From the human T2T-CHM13v2.0 reference genome, Homo sapiens, in NCBI RefSeq assembly GCF_009914755.1, contig NC_060930.1: 64,000 bases of DNA; one strand, 5' to 3'. The translations under genes were made by a program, and so were the position numbers. A model generated the notes under the pieces. It had not been told where the DNA came from. It ran no database searches and saw nothing but the letters and a program-made list of their open reading frames with translations. Of the stretch, positions 63,336-64,000 are shown piece after piece. Each line of letters starts with the position of its first letter. Positions within the stretch are counted from its first letter, which is position 1.

Positions 63336-64000
63336 GGTAAAATGTTTAAAATATTCTTACAAGTTTTGCTTCCCTACCAGGCCCCCCAGAAATTGAAGAG
63401 TACCCTTCTCCTCAAAATAAACCTGTAGTGAAGCTGCATCCCTACAAACACCTCCATAGATCTGTCAATCTGGTTCACTGCTTATTTCCTGGTTAATTAT
63501 TAATCCATTCTATCTCATCATCGATTAAACATACACTGTGCATGTATGTGTATTTGTATATATATGTCTGTATACATATCATAGCATTTTAAACACTTGC
63601 TTTTTTCCTTCTTTCTTCACAACTAATATGAATCAACCAGCTTAAATCAACTGAATTCCTAATTGAGGCTATCCATTGATTATGGCATGAGGAATGATTT
63701 GTACCATAGTCTCAATTGTATTTCCACTAATAAAAACATTTTAAAGGTTTTCATTTATTTTAATAAAATAATAAGAGCAAAATATACTATAAATTTAAAA
63801 TAATTGCATGAACTTAAATTGTATTACAGAGATGTAAACACTGCCAAAGTTACCAATGTCACCATGAAAAATCTTAAAGTATTTGTTAAGTGAAATATAA
63901 AATGCAATACAGAGTATATGGAATATAAATATATATTTATATATATGTATAGAGAATGCCACATATATATTTGTCTTTATATATAAGTATAGAGAATGCA

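Noticed and set aside
63905-64000. Start of a ~40-bp TA-rich tandem unit (tatagagaatgc)
   Set aside because: Only two partial copies before the window ends.

Overview
AT-rich, repeat-dense primate DNA (human or great-ape-like, judged from AluS/AluJ, L1PA, THE1 and MLT2A elements). I find no intact protein-coding gene; every long ORF in the track is LINE-1 ORF1/ORF2, antisense Alu or simple repeat. Main observations: (1) The unique sequence between repeats contains about 15 plus-strand segments bounded by splice acceptors and donors (8.3-13.9, 23.3, 27.9-29.1, 44.2-44.7 and 50.8-54.6 kb). Most are a multiple of 3 long and read as protein-like peptide with scattered stops, and the last four join in phase and end at a stop plus AATAAA. 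I infer a long-dead multi-exon gene that I cannot name. (2) A TSD-flanked twin-primed L1PA (15053-20385) carries a 390-bp inverted copy of its own upstream flank inside the inversion junction. (3) That L1 and a 3'-truncated L1 40.7 kb downstream share several non-consensus variants. (4) Smaller events include a tailless 5S rRNA retrocopy, a locally templated AluJ fragment, a fold-back palindrome in an MLT2A LTR, a short L1 3' transduction, a microinversion and an old 420-bp local duplication. Repeat subfamily names come from recalled consensus sequences and need RepeatMasker/Dfam confirmation.
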